A DNA stretch of 64,000 bases. It comes from Polyangiaceae bacterium. GTDB taxonomy: Bacteria > Myxococcota_A > Polyangia > Polyangiales > Polyangiaceae. The stretch lies in contig JAICQQ010000018.1 of assembly GCA_025937785.1 (NCBI GenBank), positions 3,412 through 67,411 of the forward strand. The letters run 5' to 3'. A program made the translations under genes and the position numbers. Positions 12,349 through 24,952 of the stretch are shown here, in pieces. Under the pieces are notes generated by a model, which was given only the letters and a program-made list of their open reading frames with translations, was not told where the DNA came from and did no database searches. Positions within the stretch are counted from its first letter, which is position 1, and each line of letters starts with the position of its first letter.

Positions 12349-13634
12349 TGCGGCTTCGCGCTTTCGGTCGGGGCGCGCTAGGCTTTCGGAGAGTGAGTCC
12401 TCGTGGCATCACCGCCCTGATGCTGGCCGCAGCGGTCGCGGCAGCCTGCAATGACACCGACCGCGATAGCCGCGAGTCCGCGCGTCCGGCGCCGAGCGCG
12501 CCCTCGACGCAAGCGTCCGCTCCCGCCACCGCGTCTGGAGGGGTGCCGCAAGCGTCGGCGAGCGCGCCGCCCGCCAGCACTGCCGCGCCAGAACCTGCCC
12601 CAGGTCCCGCCCCGGAGTTCGTGATCGTCGCCGGCGGTGACGTGAACCTCGGACGCGAGACCGGGCAGACCATCCTGAAGGACCCCAACTACAACCCGCT
12701 GCTTCAGCTCACCCCCATCTTCAAAGGGGCGGACTATCGCTTCGTCAACCTCGAGTCACAACTGAGCGACCAGGGCGGGGAAACCCAATCGAAGCTCAAT
12801 CGCCTGATTTTTACAGGCCCCCCCGGAGGCGGTCGCATGCTCGCGAACGCCTCGATCGATGTGGTGAGCATCGCGAACAACCACGCTTGGGACTACGGCA
12901 AGTCGGCGTTCCTGGAGACTCTCAGGCATCTGGAAGAGGCGGGGGTCGGCTTCGCCGGCGCGAGCGCCGCCCCGAACCAGCAGTACAAGCCGCATATCTT
13001 TCGCGCCAAGGGCTGGAGCGTCGCCACCTTTGCGGTGACCCATATCTGGAACCAAGGCGAGATCAGCAAACACCCTGGTCAGGCGCACGTGGCGTGGGCC
13101 CGCTACGACCTTTTGCACAACGCCATCAAGCGCGCGAAGCGCGAGCACGATCTGGTGCTCGTGAGCTATCACGGCGGCGGCGAATACATCGACGTGCCGC
13201 TGGTCATGACGCGCGAGTTCGTGCGCGCGGTGATGAACGCCGGCGTGGACGTGCTCATCGGGCACCACCCCCACGTGGTGCACGGTGTCAGCTGGTACGA
13301 CACGCGGCCCGCCTTTTACAGTCTGGGTAATCTGGTCTTCAACATGCACAAGGACTACGAGTGGACGGGCACGGGATTTCTCGCGCGACTCAGCTTTCGC
13401 CGTGATGCGCCCCCCAAGGTGCACGCCTGCCCGTACCATATCTTGGGCCACACCCCGACGCTCTACGACGGCCCCGGCAAGGCACAACTCGAACGCGCTT
13501 TTGCCCAGCGTCTGAAGCAGGTCTCCCTCACTGTGGGTGGCACCAGCGTGGGCGAACCCGCCGAATACAGCTGCATGGAACTGACCCCTCCGGAGAAGAA
13601 GGAGCCCGCCAAGCCCAAGCAGCGACGTCGCTGA
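12348..13634 (+). CDS. CapA-family (PGA_cap) metallophosphatase-like lipoprotein
   Basis: TGATG overlap with the upstream gene. Lipobox (AAAVAAAC). CapA motifs: VIVAGGDVNLG, FVNLES, IANNHAWDYG, SYHGGGEY, GHHPHVVHG. Confidence 0.8.
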   Translation: MRLRAFGRGALGFRRVSPRGITALMLAAAVAAACNDTDRDSRESARPAPSAPSTQASAPATASGGVPQASASAPPASTAAPEPAPGPAPEFVIVAGGDVNLGRETGQTILKDPNYNPLLQLTPIFKGADYRFVNLESQLSDQGGETQSKLNRLIFTGPPGGGRMLANASIDVVSIANNHAWDYGKSAFLETLRHLEEAGVGFAGASAAPNQQYKPHIFRAKGWSVATFAVTHIWNQGEISKHPGQAHVAWARYDLLHNAIKRAKREHDLVLVSYHGGGEYIDVPLVMTREFVRAVMNAGVDVLIGHHPHVVHGVSWYDTRPAFYSLGNLVFNMHKDYEWTGTGFLARLSFRRDAPPKVHACPYHILGHTPTLYDGPGKAQLERAFAQRLKQVSLTVGGTSVGEPAEYSCMELTPPEKKEPAKPKQRRR

Positions 13635-13775
13635 GGCTCAACCTGTGCCAAAAGACCCTGATCGGCGTGCCCGGGCTCAGGGGCTGTCCGACGCTCCGCG
13701 ACTGGTGAAATCGCAGGTGGTCTGATACTTGCTGATCAAATGGTGGCGCTGGCGCGACCAGCCTCGGAGGACTGC

Positions 13776-14852
13776 ATGACTTCAATTTTTGCGGGTGGTT
13801 GGTCGGGTCTCGCTGCGGGTGTCGTAGCTCTGAGCTGGGCGGTTCCCGCGTCGGCTGCTGAGTGTGCGGGCGACGCTGACTGCCCCAAGGGGTTCACGTG
13901 CGAGGTCTCGGAATCCGTGGCCTGCCCCGACGTGCCCGCGTGCGAAGACGGCGAGAGTTGTGAAGACAAAGCCGCCGACTGTGTCGCCGAAGAGTACCGC
14001 TCCTGTGTGTCGATCGACTGCAGCGCGGACAGCGACTGCGCCGACGGCATGGTGTGTGAAACGATCCAACACGAGCGCTGCTCCACGCCAGGTGCTCCAG
14101 CCGCCGATCCCGGCACCGAGCCGGACTCCGACGCGGATCCGCTCCCCCCTGACGCAGCGCCTCCGGAGAGCAGCTGTGAGGTCGAAGAGCGCAACTACTG
14201 CGTGCCGAAGTATCTACTGCCGTGCGAAGCGGCAGTGGACTGCGGTGCTGGCTTCACCTGTGAAATGACGCTCGAGCAGTGCTCGTGCAGTTCACCTTCT
14301 GCAAGCACGTCTGGCGGCAGCGGCAGCATGCCCGGTGGTGAAGGTTCCGGTGGCAATGCCGGCGACTCTGAGCGCCCCGCGTCGCCGCCTCCGGATGGCG
14401 AAGACGACGGCGCTAACGACGGCTGTGTGTGTGAACCCGTGGACGGTCCCGCGTACTGTGAGCTCGTGGTCACCGAATGCTCGGCGAACTCCGATTGCCC
14501 GTCGGGTATGAGCTGCGAGGACAACCCCGAGGGCTCGTGCTCGAGCACCCCCGAAGGCGGTGTCGAGTGCACGGCCGATCCCGAGAAGATCTGCCTGCCG
14601 CCGTACGTCGATTACGCGGGCGGTGTGATCGAAGAAGATGGCTTGGGGTCGGATCCCACGTCGAATCCCGAGGAACCACCACGCGGCGAGGATGACGACA
14701 GCAACGACGCCGACGGTTCCTCGGATGAGTCCTCGGAATCGGGTGACGGGTGTTCGGTCGCTGCCGTGGGCGTGCCCGCGGGTGCCTGGGCGAGCTTGGG
14801 CCTGATGCTGGGTGCGGCGCTCCTCGGCCGCCGCCGGCGTTCAGCTCGCTGA
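13776..14852 (+). CDS. secreted Cys-rich repeat protein with MYXO-CTERM tail
   Basis: GGAGG before ATG 13776 and a signal peptide (..ALSWAVPASA). Four CxxDxDCxxG[FM]xCE-type repeats separated by acidic linkers. C-terminus GCSVAAVGVPAGAWASLGLMLGAALLGRRRRSAR. Paralog of 58264..59175. Confidence 0.72.
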   Translation: MTSIFAGGWSGLAAGVVALSWAVPASAAECAGDADCPKGFTCEVSESVACPDVPACEDGESCEDKAADCVAEEYRSCVSIDCSADSDCADGMVCETIQHERCSTPGAPAADPGTEPDSDADPLPPDAAPPESSCEVEERNYCVPKYLLPCEAAVDCGAGFTCEMTLEQCSCSSPSASTSGGSGSMPGGEGSGGNAGDSERPASPPPDGEDDGANDGCVCEPVDGPAYCELVVTECSANSDCPSGMSCEDNPEGSCSSTPEGGVECTADPEKICLPPYVDYAGGVIEEDGLGSDPTSNPEEPPRGEDDDSNDADGSSDESSESGDGCSVAAVGVPAGAWASLGLMLGAALLGRRRRSAR

Positions 14853-15956
14853 CTCGATTAGGATCCGGAGCATGCGGCGCAGGGGCTCCGCCGCACCCCA
14901 GAGCAGCTGATCGCCGGTCGTGAACAGCGACAGGTACTGATCGCCCATCTTCAGCTTGCGCAAGCGCCCGACGGCGACCGTCAGCGTGCCCGAGACGTGC
15001 GCGGGGGTGAGCCGGGTGATGGTGGCCTGCTTGTCGTTCGGGACCAGCTCGACCCATTCATGCGCGCCGCCGAGTACCCCGGCGATCTCGTCGAGCGGGA
15101 TCGACTGGTTGAGCTTGATGGTCAGGGCCTGGCTGTGGCTGCGCATCGCGCCCACGCGCACGCACACGCCGTCGACCGGCACGTCCGGGGCGAGCCCGAG
15201 GATCTTGTTGGTCTCGACGTGCCCCTTCCACTCCTCGCGCGTCTGTCCGGCGTCGACCGCGCTGTCGATCCACGGGAGCAAGCTTGCCGCGAGTGGCGCT
15301 CCGAAGTTCTCCGTGGGGAACGAGGCCTGGCCGAGCTCGCGCTGCACGCTGCGATCGATGGCGAGGATGGCACCGGCAGGGTCGTCGAGCTCAGCGCCCG
15401 CCGCGGTCGCCAGTTGCCGCATCTGCAGCAACAACTCGCGCATGTGACGCGCGCCAGCGCCGGACGCCGCTTGATAGGTGGCGGCGTTGATCCACTCGAC
15501 CCAACCGTTCGCGAGGAGCGGCGCCATGCCCATCAGCATCAGGCTGACGGTGCAATTGCCCCCGATGAAGTCCTTGCGCTCGGCCTCGAGGGCGCGGTCG
15601 ATCTGCTTCCGGTTCACGGGATCGAGGATGATGGTGGCCGCTGGGTCCATGCGCAGCGACGAGGCGGCGTCGATCCAGTAACCGCGCCAGCCCGCCTGGC
15701 GCAGCGCGGGGTGGATTTGCTTGGTGTAGTCGCCGCCCTGGCAGCTGATGATGGCGTCGAGTTTCGACAGGGCGGCTACGTCGTTCGCGTCGCCGAGCGG
15801 AGTGCTGCCCTTGCCCAGATCGGGGCCCTCGGCACCGGCCTGCGACGTGGAGAAGAAGTGGGGTTCGAACAGGTCGAAGTCCTTCTCGGTGCGCATGCGC
15901 TCGAGCAACACCGAACCAACCATTCCTCGCCAACCAACGATACCGACGTGTCTCAT
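14841..15956 (-). CDS. asd: aspartate-semialdehyde dehydrogenase
   Basis: 371 aa. VGIVGWRGMVGSV NAD(P) motif, active-site GGNCTVSLM, full-length resemblance to gamma-proteobacterial-type Asd. Confidence 0.95.
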   Translation of the reverse strand: MRHVGIVGWRGMVGSVLLERMRTEKDFDLFEPHFFSTSQAGAEGPDLGKGSTPLGDANDVAALSKLDAIISCQGGDYTKQIHPALRQAGWRGYWIDAASSLRMDPAATIILDPVNRKQIDRALEAERKDFIGGNCTVSLMLMGMAPLLANGWVEWINAATYQAASGAGARHMRELLLQMRQLATAAGAELDDPAGAILAIDRSVQRELGQASFPTENFGAPLAASLLPWIDSAVDAGQTREEWKGHVETNKILGLAPDVPVDGVCVRVGAMRSHSQALTIKLNQSIPLDEIAGVLGGAHEWVELVPNDKQATITRLTPAHVSGTLTVAVGRLRKLKMGDQYLSLFTTGDQLLWGAAEPLRRMLRILIESAS

Positions 15957-16044
15957 GTGTGGACCTTTGACAGGGTGCGGCGCACGCCGCGCGCGGACAT
16001 ATACGACGACATCCCGCTCCAGGCGAGGAATTGTTGGCCGCGTT

Positions 16045-16851
16045 TCAGCGGCGGTTGGTCAGCTCGTGGCGGATCCAGAGCGCGACGAGCACGACCGCGC
16101 CCACCCCGGCGTGCCCGAAAAGCCAATGGGGTGCCGTGGGGATAGCGCAGTGCAGTTGCAAACCGAGCGTGGCGACGACGGCCCCCGCCATGCCCGCCGT
16201 CAGCGCTCCGAGCCCCGACCCGAGCGATCGGCGGTCGAGGGCACGGAAGCCGAGCCAGACTAGGGCCGCCAGTGTGAGGCCGTGCACGAGACACCTGCCG
16301 AAACCCGCGTCGAGGCCTATGGGGTGCCCCGTTTCTGGCTGTACGAACGACAAGCCCACCGGCACCGCCAGGCACAGCCCGAGCAAACCCAGCTCGAGCC
16401 AACGCGGAAGGGCGCCGCGAAACAGCGGGCGCAGCGCGACCCACGCCGCCGCCGCCGCCAGTACTCCCAGCACCGCGATCAGCGCGGCCAGGTGCCCCCT
16501 GGGAACCAGCGACATGTCGGCGCGCGCCAGCAGGGTGCCTTCGACCACCGCGATCACCACCATCAGCGCGAGGGCGAGCATGAGGCGCGTCCGAGTGGGC
16601 AAGCTCTTGAGCCGCGCGAGTGTTCCGGTCTCGTGCGCAAGATCGGCGCGTAGTGCGTGCTGCAATTGGCTCAGATTCGCCAACGGTTCGGGGTCCGGCG
16701 CGCAGAGTGCTTCCGCCACGGTCCGGGTCGCCAAGAGCTCGTGGCAAGCGCTGCACTCTGCCGCGTGGGCTCGCACCTCGGGCGCGTCGGCGACGTTGCT
16801 TTCTAGCAGGCGCCCCTGCAGCAGGCGGTCTCGCAGTTGCTCGCAGTTCAC
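16045..16851 (-). CDS. membrane anti-sigma factor (zf-HC2 N-terminus, multi-TM C-terminus)
   Basis: HAAECSACH (HxxxCxxC) near the N-terminus, then ~6 hydrophobic helices. It lies directly downstream of the ECF sigma gene. Confidence 0.7.
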   Translation of the reverse strand: MNCEQLRDRLLQGRLLESNVADAPEVRAHAAECSACHELLATRTVAEALCAPDPEPLANLSQLQHALRADLAHETGTLARLKSLPTRTRLMLALALMVVIAVVEGTLLARADMSLVPRGHLAALIAVLGVLAAAAAWVALRPLFRGALPRWLELGLLGLCLAVPVGLSFVQPETGHPIGLDAGFGRCLVHGLTLAALVWLGFRALDRRSLGSGLGALTAGMAGAVVATLGLQLHCAIPTAPHWLFGHAGVGAVVLVALWIRHELTNRR

Positions 16852-16885
16852 GGGTTATCTCGCGTACGGTGGGGTTGCCAAAGGG

Positions 16886-17419
16886 TTACTCGGGACCATC
16901 CTGGAGGATTTCTCGAAGCGCGGTGTAGCCACGGTGAGCTCGCACCTTGACCGCGCTCACCGAAGCTCCCAAAAGCTCAGCGATTTCCAAGAACGAAAGC
17001 TGGGCGAGCCAGTGCAGCTCGATCACCTCGCGGTAGCTCGGGTGCAGCTTTTCGAGAGCGAACTGCAGGGTTCGAGCTGCCTCGAGCCGACCTGCCTCGG
17101 AGCGCACCTTCGGATCGCTTCGCCCGTCCAATGTCAGCTCCGTTTCGGGACGTCGCTTGAGCCGGCGCAGGTGCTCGCGTTTCAGGTTCAACGCGATCGT
17201 GAACAGCCATGGGCGTAGCTTCGCATCGGTCCGAAAATCGTGACGCGCGCGGTGAAGTTGCAGGAATGTTTGCTGCACCAAGTCGCTGGCCTCTTCTTGC
17301 GAGTGCAGCTGCTGTCGCATGACGCGAAGTAAGATAGGGGCGTAGCGTGCGAACAACTCGTCGAATGCGCCCGCGTCGCCGGCAACGTACGCCTCCATCA
17401 GTGCTTCGTCGCTCTTCAA
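16886..17419 (-). CDS. ECF-family RNA polymerase sigma factor
   Basis: Region 2 (DLVQQTFLQLHRARHDF..RPWLFTIALN) and region 4 HTH (SYREVIELHWLAQLSFLEIAELLGASVSAVKVRAHRG). Confidence 0.9.
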   Translation of the reverse strand: MKSDEALMEAYVAGDAGAFDELFARYAPILLRVMRQQLHSQEEASDLVQQTFLQLHRARHDFRTDAKLRPWLFTIALNLKREHLRRLKRRPETELTLDGRSDPKVRSEAGRLEAARTLQFALEKLHPSYREVIELHWLAQLSFLEIAELLGASVSAVKVRAHRGYTALREILQDGPE

Positions 17420-17532
17420 ACCGCGTGAGTCTAACCCGCAACCTCCCGCGATTCGCCGCGAAAAGTCGTGACCGCCAGGCCGTTTTCCGGGGTCCGGTTG
17501 CGTTCGGAGGCGTTGGGCTCTAACCCCGAGCC

Positions 17533-20500
17533 ATGGATCATCCGCGGCGCCGCCGGCCGAATCGCCTGGCTCGAGAGACGAGTCCCTATCTCTTGCAGCA
17601 CGCCGAAAACCCGGTCGACTGGTACCCTTGGGGCCCGGAAGCGCTCGAACGGGCTCGCAGCACCGATCGCCCCATTCTGCTCAGCATCGGATACGCGGCG
17701 TGTCACTGGTGTCACGTGATGGAGCGCGAGAGCTTCGAAGACGAGGCGATCGCCGCGCTGATGAACGAGCGCTTCGTCTGCATCAAGGTCGACCGCGAAG
17801 AACGCCCCGATCTAGACGACATTTACATGGCCGCCACCGTGGGGCTGAGCGGCAGCGGCGGCTGGCCGATGACCGTGTTCCTCACGCCCGATCAGCGGCC
17901 TTTTTTCGCGGGGACGTATTTTCCACCCGAGGATCGTTACGGGCGCCCGGGGCTCAAGAGCTTGCTAGCCAAGATCGCGGAGGCCTGGCAACACGATCGC
18001 GACGACCTATCGAAGCAGGCGGATCAGCTCACGCACCACGTACGGTCTCAGAGTCGCGCGCCCGAGCCGCTGTCGGTCGGCCGCGACGCCATGGCGCACG
18101 CCGCAGAGGCGCTCTGGCAAAGCTTCGATCGCAAGTACGGCGGTTTCGGCGGAGCCCCGAAGTTCCCCCCTGCCGCGACGCTCTCGTTCCTGCTCGCGTA
18201 CTACCGGCAAACCGCTGATATGCGCGCGCTCGAGATGGTGGTCAGTACGCTGAACGGCATGCAGAACGGCGGCATGTACGATCACCTCGGAGGTGGCTTC
18301 GCTCGGTACTCGACCGACGAGCGCTGGCTCGTGCCCCACTTCGAGAAGATGTTGTACGACAATGCGCAGCTGGCACACGTGTACCTCGAAGCCTACCTGG
18401 TGACGGGACGCGCCGAGTACGCGCGCGTCGCAAGCGAGACGCTCGACTACGTCATGCGCGAGATGCAGGGGCCCGAAGGCGGGTACTTTTCGGCGACGGA
18501 CGCTGACAGCGAGGGCGAGGAGGGTAAGTTCTTCGTCTGGACCCCGGATCAAGTGGGCGAGGTGCTCGACACCGAGGCCGCGGCGCACTTCTGTGCCTTC
18601 TACGACGTGACACCGGAAGGCAACTGGGAGGGAAAGAGCGTGTTGAACACGCCGCGCTCCCTGGCCGCGGTGGCCGGCGAGCTCGGTGTCGACCCGGCCG
18701 TCTTGGCCGAAAGCCTAGAACGCTCGCTGCCGCTGTTGTACCAGGCGCGTCAGCGGCGCGTGCCGCCGCTGCTCGACGACAAGATCCTCTGCGCGCACAA
18801 TGGCCTGATGCTGGGCGCCATGGCGTTCGGTTACCAGGTGCTGCAGAACCCGGCCTATCTGAGTTCGGCGCGGCGCGCCGCCGACTACGCATGGAACGAG
18901 TTACGCCGCCCCGATGGTGGGCTGTTTCGCACGGCGCGCTCAGGGAAGGCACACCTGCCAGCCTACCTCGAGGACTACGCGTATCTCGCCGACGGCCTCG
19001 TTACCCTGTACGAAGCGGGCGGCGATGCAACCATACTCGCCCGCGCGCTCGAGCTCGGTGAGCGGCTGTTGGCTGACTTCGGGGACGAGAGCGGGGGTGC
19101 CTTCTACTTCACCGCGCACGACCACGAAGCGTTGATCGCCCGTACACGCGAGGGCCACGACGGCGCGCTCCCCAATCCTAACTCGATCGCGGCACGCGCC
19201 CTGTTGCGTCTCGGTCGTCACTTCGGGCGCGACGCGCTGGTCGATCGCGCCGTGGGGGCGCTGGTGGCCTACGGTCGCCAGATCGCCAGGCTCCCGCGTG
19301 GGTTCGTGAGCGCGCTCTCGGTGATCGATGCGTGCCTCGAGCCGCCGCTCGAAATCGTCACCGCCGGCAGCGCGGACGATCCGCGCACCGAGGCGCTGAA
19401 CGCCGTGATCGGCGAAATCTACGCTCCCAACAAGATCCAAGCGCACGTCGATCCGGACCAACCGGCGACGTTCGACACCCCGCTGACCGCGCACAAGGGG
19501 CTAGTGAACGGGGCGCCCGCGGTCTACGTGTGCCGGCAGTTCGTGTGCCGGGCGCCCGTCTCCGATCCGGAAGCGCTGCGCGAGGAGCTCGACGCGGCGG
19601 AGCAGCAGCGCCGAGCGTTGAGTCAGACCGAGCTCACGCGTCAGAAGCTCGCTGGCAGAGCTTCCGTCGAAGGCACCGAGCGGTTCCGGTCGCGTTCCGA
19701 CTTCAGGCCTTCCGACTACGGCGAGCTCGGGGTTACGGGGCTCTGGGTGAGCCGCATCGGCTTCGGGGGCTACCGCTTGACCGCGAGCGACCCCGATCAC
19801 GCTGCGGCGTTGCGCCACGCCGTGGAGCTCGGGGTCAATCTCATCGACACCGCCCCGAGCTACCAAGGTGGCGACAGCGAGCGCGTCATCGGCCAAGCGC
19901 TGGCGGCTCTCGTCGAGCAGAAGACGATCCAGCGTGACATGGTCGTCGTCGTGACCAAGCTCGGCTTGCTGCAGGGGGCGACGCTACAGGAACACAAGCT
20001 GCGCGAGCAGAAGGGTCGAGGCGCCGCCGAGATGGTCAAGGTCTCGAACGAACTCTGGCAGTGCCTGGACCCGGAGTTCCTCGAGCAGGAACTCGCGCGA
20101 TCGCTCGAACGCCTGGGTCTCATGGTGGTTGACGTGTGCCTGCTGCACAACCCCGAGCACTTCCTCGAAGCCGAATCCAGCCAGAGCCTTGCGCTCGCCG
20201 AACGGCGTGCGGAGTACTACCGGCGCATCGAGGGCGCGTTTCGGGTGCTCGAGGGCGCCGCGCGGTCTGGCAGCATCGGCTGCTACGGTGTCTCGAGCAA
20301 CACCTTGGGGCGACCCGCGGAGGACCCACTCGCGACCGACGCAGCGTCGTTGCTGCGAGCCGCCGAACGAGCCGGCGGCCCTCAGCATCATTTCAGGGTG
20401 CTCGAGGCCCCGATCAATCTGCTGGAACCCGCGGTTGCCGTCTTGAAGAACACGGGCCCGGGTGCGTCGCAGAGCGCGCTCGAGTTTGCGCGCGCCGAGG

Positions 20501-21165
20501 GCTTGGCGCTGCTCGCCAACCGCCCGTTGCAGGCATTCCTGCCGCGAGGCGTGCTGAGGTTGGTCGACACCGAGATTCCGCCGACCGCCGTGCCCGTCGA
20601 CCGAGCGCTCGAGAACGTCGCCGGGCTCGAACAGCGCTTCGCAGAAACTCTGGCTCCCCTGATCCGTGTTCCGGAAGGCGCGCTGCCTGCGAACCAGCTC
20701 TTCGCCTGGGCACGCAAGTTGGCACCCATAGCTCCCGATTTGGTCAGCCTGACGCAGTTCGAAGAGCTCGAAGGCGCGCTGGTGTTGCCCCGTGTCGAAG
20801 ACGCCCTCGGCAGCCTGAATCGCGCCTTCGGCGCTTCGCATCCGACCTGGTCGGGTTGGCGCGACGCGTACGCGCAAGCGATCGCACAACTGCTCGCGAG
20901 TCTGCGCCACGTGGCCGCCACACGCAGCGCCAGCGCCCTCGCAGAAATCCAGAGTTCCCTCGCGCCCCACCTCCTCATTCGACCCGATCCAGAGTTGGCG
21001 TTCGTCGAGCTGGCGCTGGCCGCTGTGCGACAGCTGCCTGGGGTCAGCTCGGTGCTGGTCGGCATGCGAAGCCGCCGCTACGTCGACGACGCGGTCGCCA
21101 GCCTCCGGCGCGAGCCGCTTTCGGACCCCGGCGCTGCCTTTACGCAGCTGTTGGCGCGTGCCTAA
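17533..21165 (+). CDS. fusion protein: thioredoxin-like DUF255/YyaL (six-hairpin) module + aldo/keto reductase module + ~190-aa C-terminal extension
   Basis: N-terminal part: [69 protein letters not shown]. From about residue 700: [36 protein letters not shown] (AKR-like). Confidence 0.85.
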   Translation: MDHPRRRRPNRLARETSPYLLQHAENPVDWYPWGPEALERARSTDRPILLSIGYAACHWCHVMERESFEDEAIAALMNERFVCIKVDREERPDLDDIYMAATVGLSGSGGWPMTVFLTPDQRPFFAGTYFPPEDRYGRPGLKSLLAKIAEAWQHDRDDLSKQADQLTHHVRSQSRAPEPLSVGRDAMAHAAEALWQSFDRKYGGFGGAPKFPPAATLSFLLAYYRQTADMRALEMVVSTLNGMQNGGMYDHLGGGFARYSTDERWLVPHFEKMLYDNAQLAHVYLEAYLVTGRAEYARVASETLDYVMREMQGPEGGYFSATDADSEGEEGKFFVWTPDQVGEVLDTEAAAHFCAFYDVTPEGNWEGKSVLNTPRSLAAVAGELGVDPAVLAESLERSLPLLYQARQRRVPPLLDDKILCAHNGLMLGAMAFGYQVLQNPAYLSSARRAADYAWNELRRPDGGLFRTARSGKAHLPAYLEDYAYLADGLVTLYEAGGDATILARALELGERLLADFGDESGGAFYFTAHDHEALIARTREGHDGALPNPNSIAARALLRLGRHFGRDALVDRAVGALVAYGRQIARLPRGFVSALSVIDACLEPPLEIVTAGSADDPRTEALNAVIGEIYAPNKIQAHVDPDQPATFDTPLTAHKGLVNGAPAVYVCRQFVCRAPVSDPEALREELDAAEQQRRALSQTELTRQKLAGRASVEGTERFRSRSDFRPSDYGELGVTGLWVSRIGFGGYRLTASDPDHAAALRHAVELGVNLIDTAPSYQGGDSERVIGQALAALVEQKTIQRDMVVVVTKLGLLQGATLQEHKLREQKGRGAAEMVKVSNELWQCLDPEFLEQELARSLERLGLMVVDVCLLHNPEHFLEAESSQSLALAERRAEYYRRIEGAFRVLEGAARSGSIGCYGVSSNTLGRPAEDPLATDAASLLRAAERAGGPQHHFRVLEAPINLLEPAVAVLKNTGPGASQSALEFARAEGLALLANRPLQAFLPRGVLRLVDTEIPPTAVPVDRALENVAGLEQRFAETLAPLIRVPEGALPANQLFAWARKLAPIAPDLVSLTQFEELEGALVLPRVEDALGSLNRAFGASHPTWSGWRDAYAQAIAQLLASLRHVAATRSASALAEIQSSLAPHLLIRPDPELAFVELALAAVRQLPGVSSVLVGMRSRRYVDDAVASLRREPLSDPGAAFTQLLARA

Positions 21166-21232
21166 GTTCTAGACACGTGGCGAGCGCGCCGCTATAGCCG
21201 GCAAGCTCCCCCGAGTTCGAGGAAAAGGCTCT

Positions 21233-23326
<2,094 letters not shown>

Positions 23327-23339
23327 CGCGGAGCACAGC

Positions 23340-24101
23340 GTGCGGCTGGGGGATGTCTTCGTAGTTCCGCTCCGCGTCGGCAAGTTCGGGGCCGCCATCG
23401 TCGTCCACACGAACGGCGGTCACAGCTTTGTCGTCATCGACGGATTCTGGGACGCGCCGCCCCGCGCCGAAGAGCTTCGAGACTTTCGGGCGATGCCCCC
23501 GCCCTTCGGTGAAACGCCGTTTCCCGGTCGCGCGCACGTTTTCAAGGGTTGGTTCGACGGCGACATCCCGCCAAACTTCCAGGTCGTGCTGAGCGGGCCG
23601 CTCACTCCCGAGCAAGAGTCGATGAGCGGCTATCAAGGCACCATGATCTTTCAGAGCGCTCGCGACTTCGCACGGACGCTGTCCGACCAGTGGCGCTGGC
23701 TCCACGACCACGAGGCCTACATGCAGGAGCTCGACCAGCGCTCCGCCCGCGTCGAGCGCGCGCGTGAGGCGCGCCAAAAGAGCCTCTCGCTCGAGTCGAT
23801 GCTGAACGAAACGTTCTTCGCCAGCTGGGCCGATACCTGGCCCGAGGACCGCCTGGCCGAGGCGCGGCAAATCTTCACCGACGCGACGGCGAAGCTGATC
23901 GCGCTTCGAGCGAACGGGACGCCGCGGAAGCGAGCCGCGGAGCTCCGGAAGATCGTCGACGCCTTCAATCGGCTCTACGACGAAACAGGCTTGGTCGAAT
24001 CGGTCGAACGTGACCTCATCGTCGATCGCATCACCGAGCTCGCGAGTCTCGTGGGGCTCGACAACGCTGGCGAGAAGCTGACCCGGCGGCGCACGTGGTA
24101 G
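23340..24101 (+). CDS. hypothetical protein
   Basis: GTG start 13 nt after the hppA stop. Normal composition and good third-position GC. No motif I can name with confidence. Confidence 0.5.
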   Translation: MRLGDVFVVPLRVGKFGAAIVVHTNGGHSFVVIDGFWDAPPRAEELRDFRAMPPPFGETPFPGRAHVFKGWFDGDIPPNFQVVLSGPLTPEQESMSGYQGTMIFQSARDFARTLSDQWRWLHDHEAYMQELDQRSARVERAREARQKSLSLESMLNETFFASWADTWPEDRLAEARQIFTDATAKLIALRANGTPRKRAAELRKIVDAFNRLYDETGLVESVERDLIVDRITELASLVGLDNAGEKLTRRRTW

Positions 24102-24515
24102 ACATCATCATCGACGGCGAGTTCCTCGGACGGTAGCTTCGAGGGGTCGTGGCGCGTATGAGCACCGCGTGGGTCGTGCAAACGAACGTCGACGCGGAAT
24201 CGACCTGGCCGGAAGAACGGCGTCGGCATCCGTTTCCTCTGTGCCCTCGGCAGAGACCGCGCCGCAAGGCAAGAAGCGCGCACATGGTCCGCGCCAGCGC
24301 GGGCCTGCGGTGGTGCGGCGTGAGGTACGCTTGACTGGGTGAAATCAAACCGACGAATTCGTCGCGTTATGTGCAGGACTCGAGCGCGATACTTCGGTAC
24401 AACCGAAGGCAACGCCGGTCTTTCACAGCAAGACTGAGGATTTCTAACGCAAGTGGCATGCAGGCTGTTCGACCCGTTTTGTAGTCGGGCAACCTACCTT
24501 TGGGCTGATCCGAAG

Positions 24516-24929
24516 TTACTTGGGATCGCCGGACGTGCTCTCGGGATACGTGTCGCGGAGCACGCGTTTGAGCTCCGCGAACTCTTGCTGAATCGCGGGC
24601 AGCAGGTCCGAGGCACGGGCGCTCGGACAGTACTCGATGACGCGCGCCAGCTCGGCCATGCGCTCGGCGCCGAGGTTGGCGCAAGAGCCCTTGATGCTGT
24701 GCGAGACGCGTTCCCGCTCGACGTCGTTGCTTTCCTGAATGGACTTGGCCAGGTCGCGCATGCGGGCTTCGACGTCGCCCAAGAAGAGTCCGACGAGTTC
24801 GTAGACGATCGCGTTGGAGCCCGCCTGCTGGGCGATTTCCTCCATGCGCGACGGGTTGAAGCGTGCGAACTCGAGCTCGCTGTGGGAACCCTGCGAAGGG
24901 TGCTCCGTCATGGCGTCGGATCCATGCAT
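24516..24929 (-). CDS. histidine phosphotransfer (HPt) domain protein
   Basis: VSHSIKGSCANLGAERMAELA is the HPt phosphorylatable-His motif (HxxKG). The gene lies 23 nt downstream of the NtrC-type regulator. The start could be 24911. Confidence 0.75.
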   Translation of the reverse strand: MHGSDAMTEHPSQGSHSELEFARFNPSRMEEIAQQAGSNAIVYELVGLFLGDVEARMRDLAKSIQESNDVERERVSHSIKGSCANLGAERMAELARVIEYCPSARASDLLPAIQQEFAELKRVLRDTYPESTSGDPK

Positions 24930-24952
24930 GTGGTTTACCCGCGAACCTGGGG

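Noticed and set aside
24351-24408. Palindrome CGACGAATTCGTCG (24351-24364) and hairpin CTTCGG-TACAA-CCGAAG (24392-24408) between convergent genes, considered as terminators
   Set aside because: The stems are short (5-6 bp effective) with no U-tract, and are more than 100 nt from either stop codon (24101 and 24516). That is too weak to annotate.
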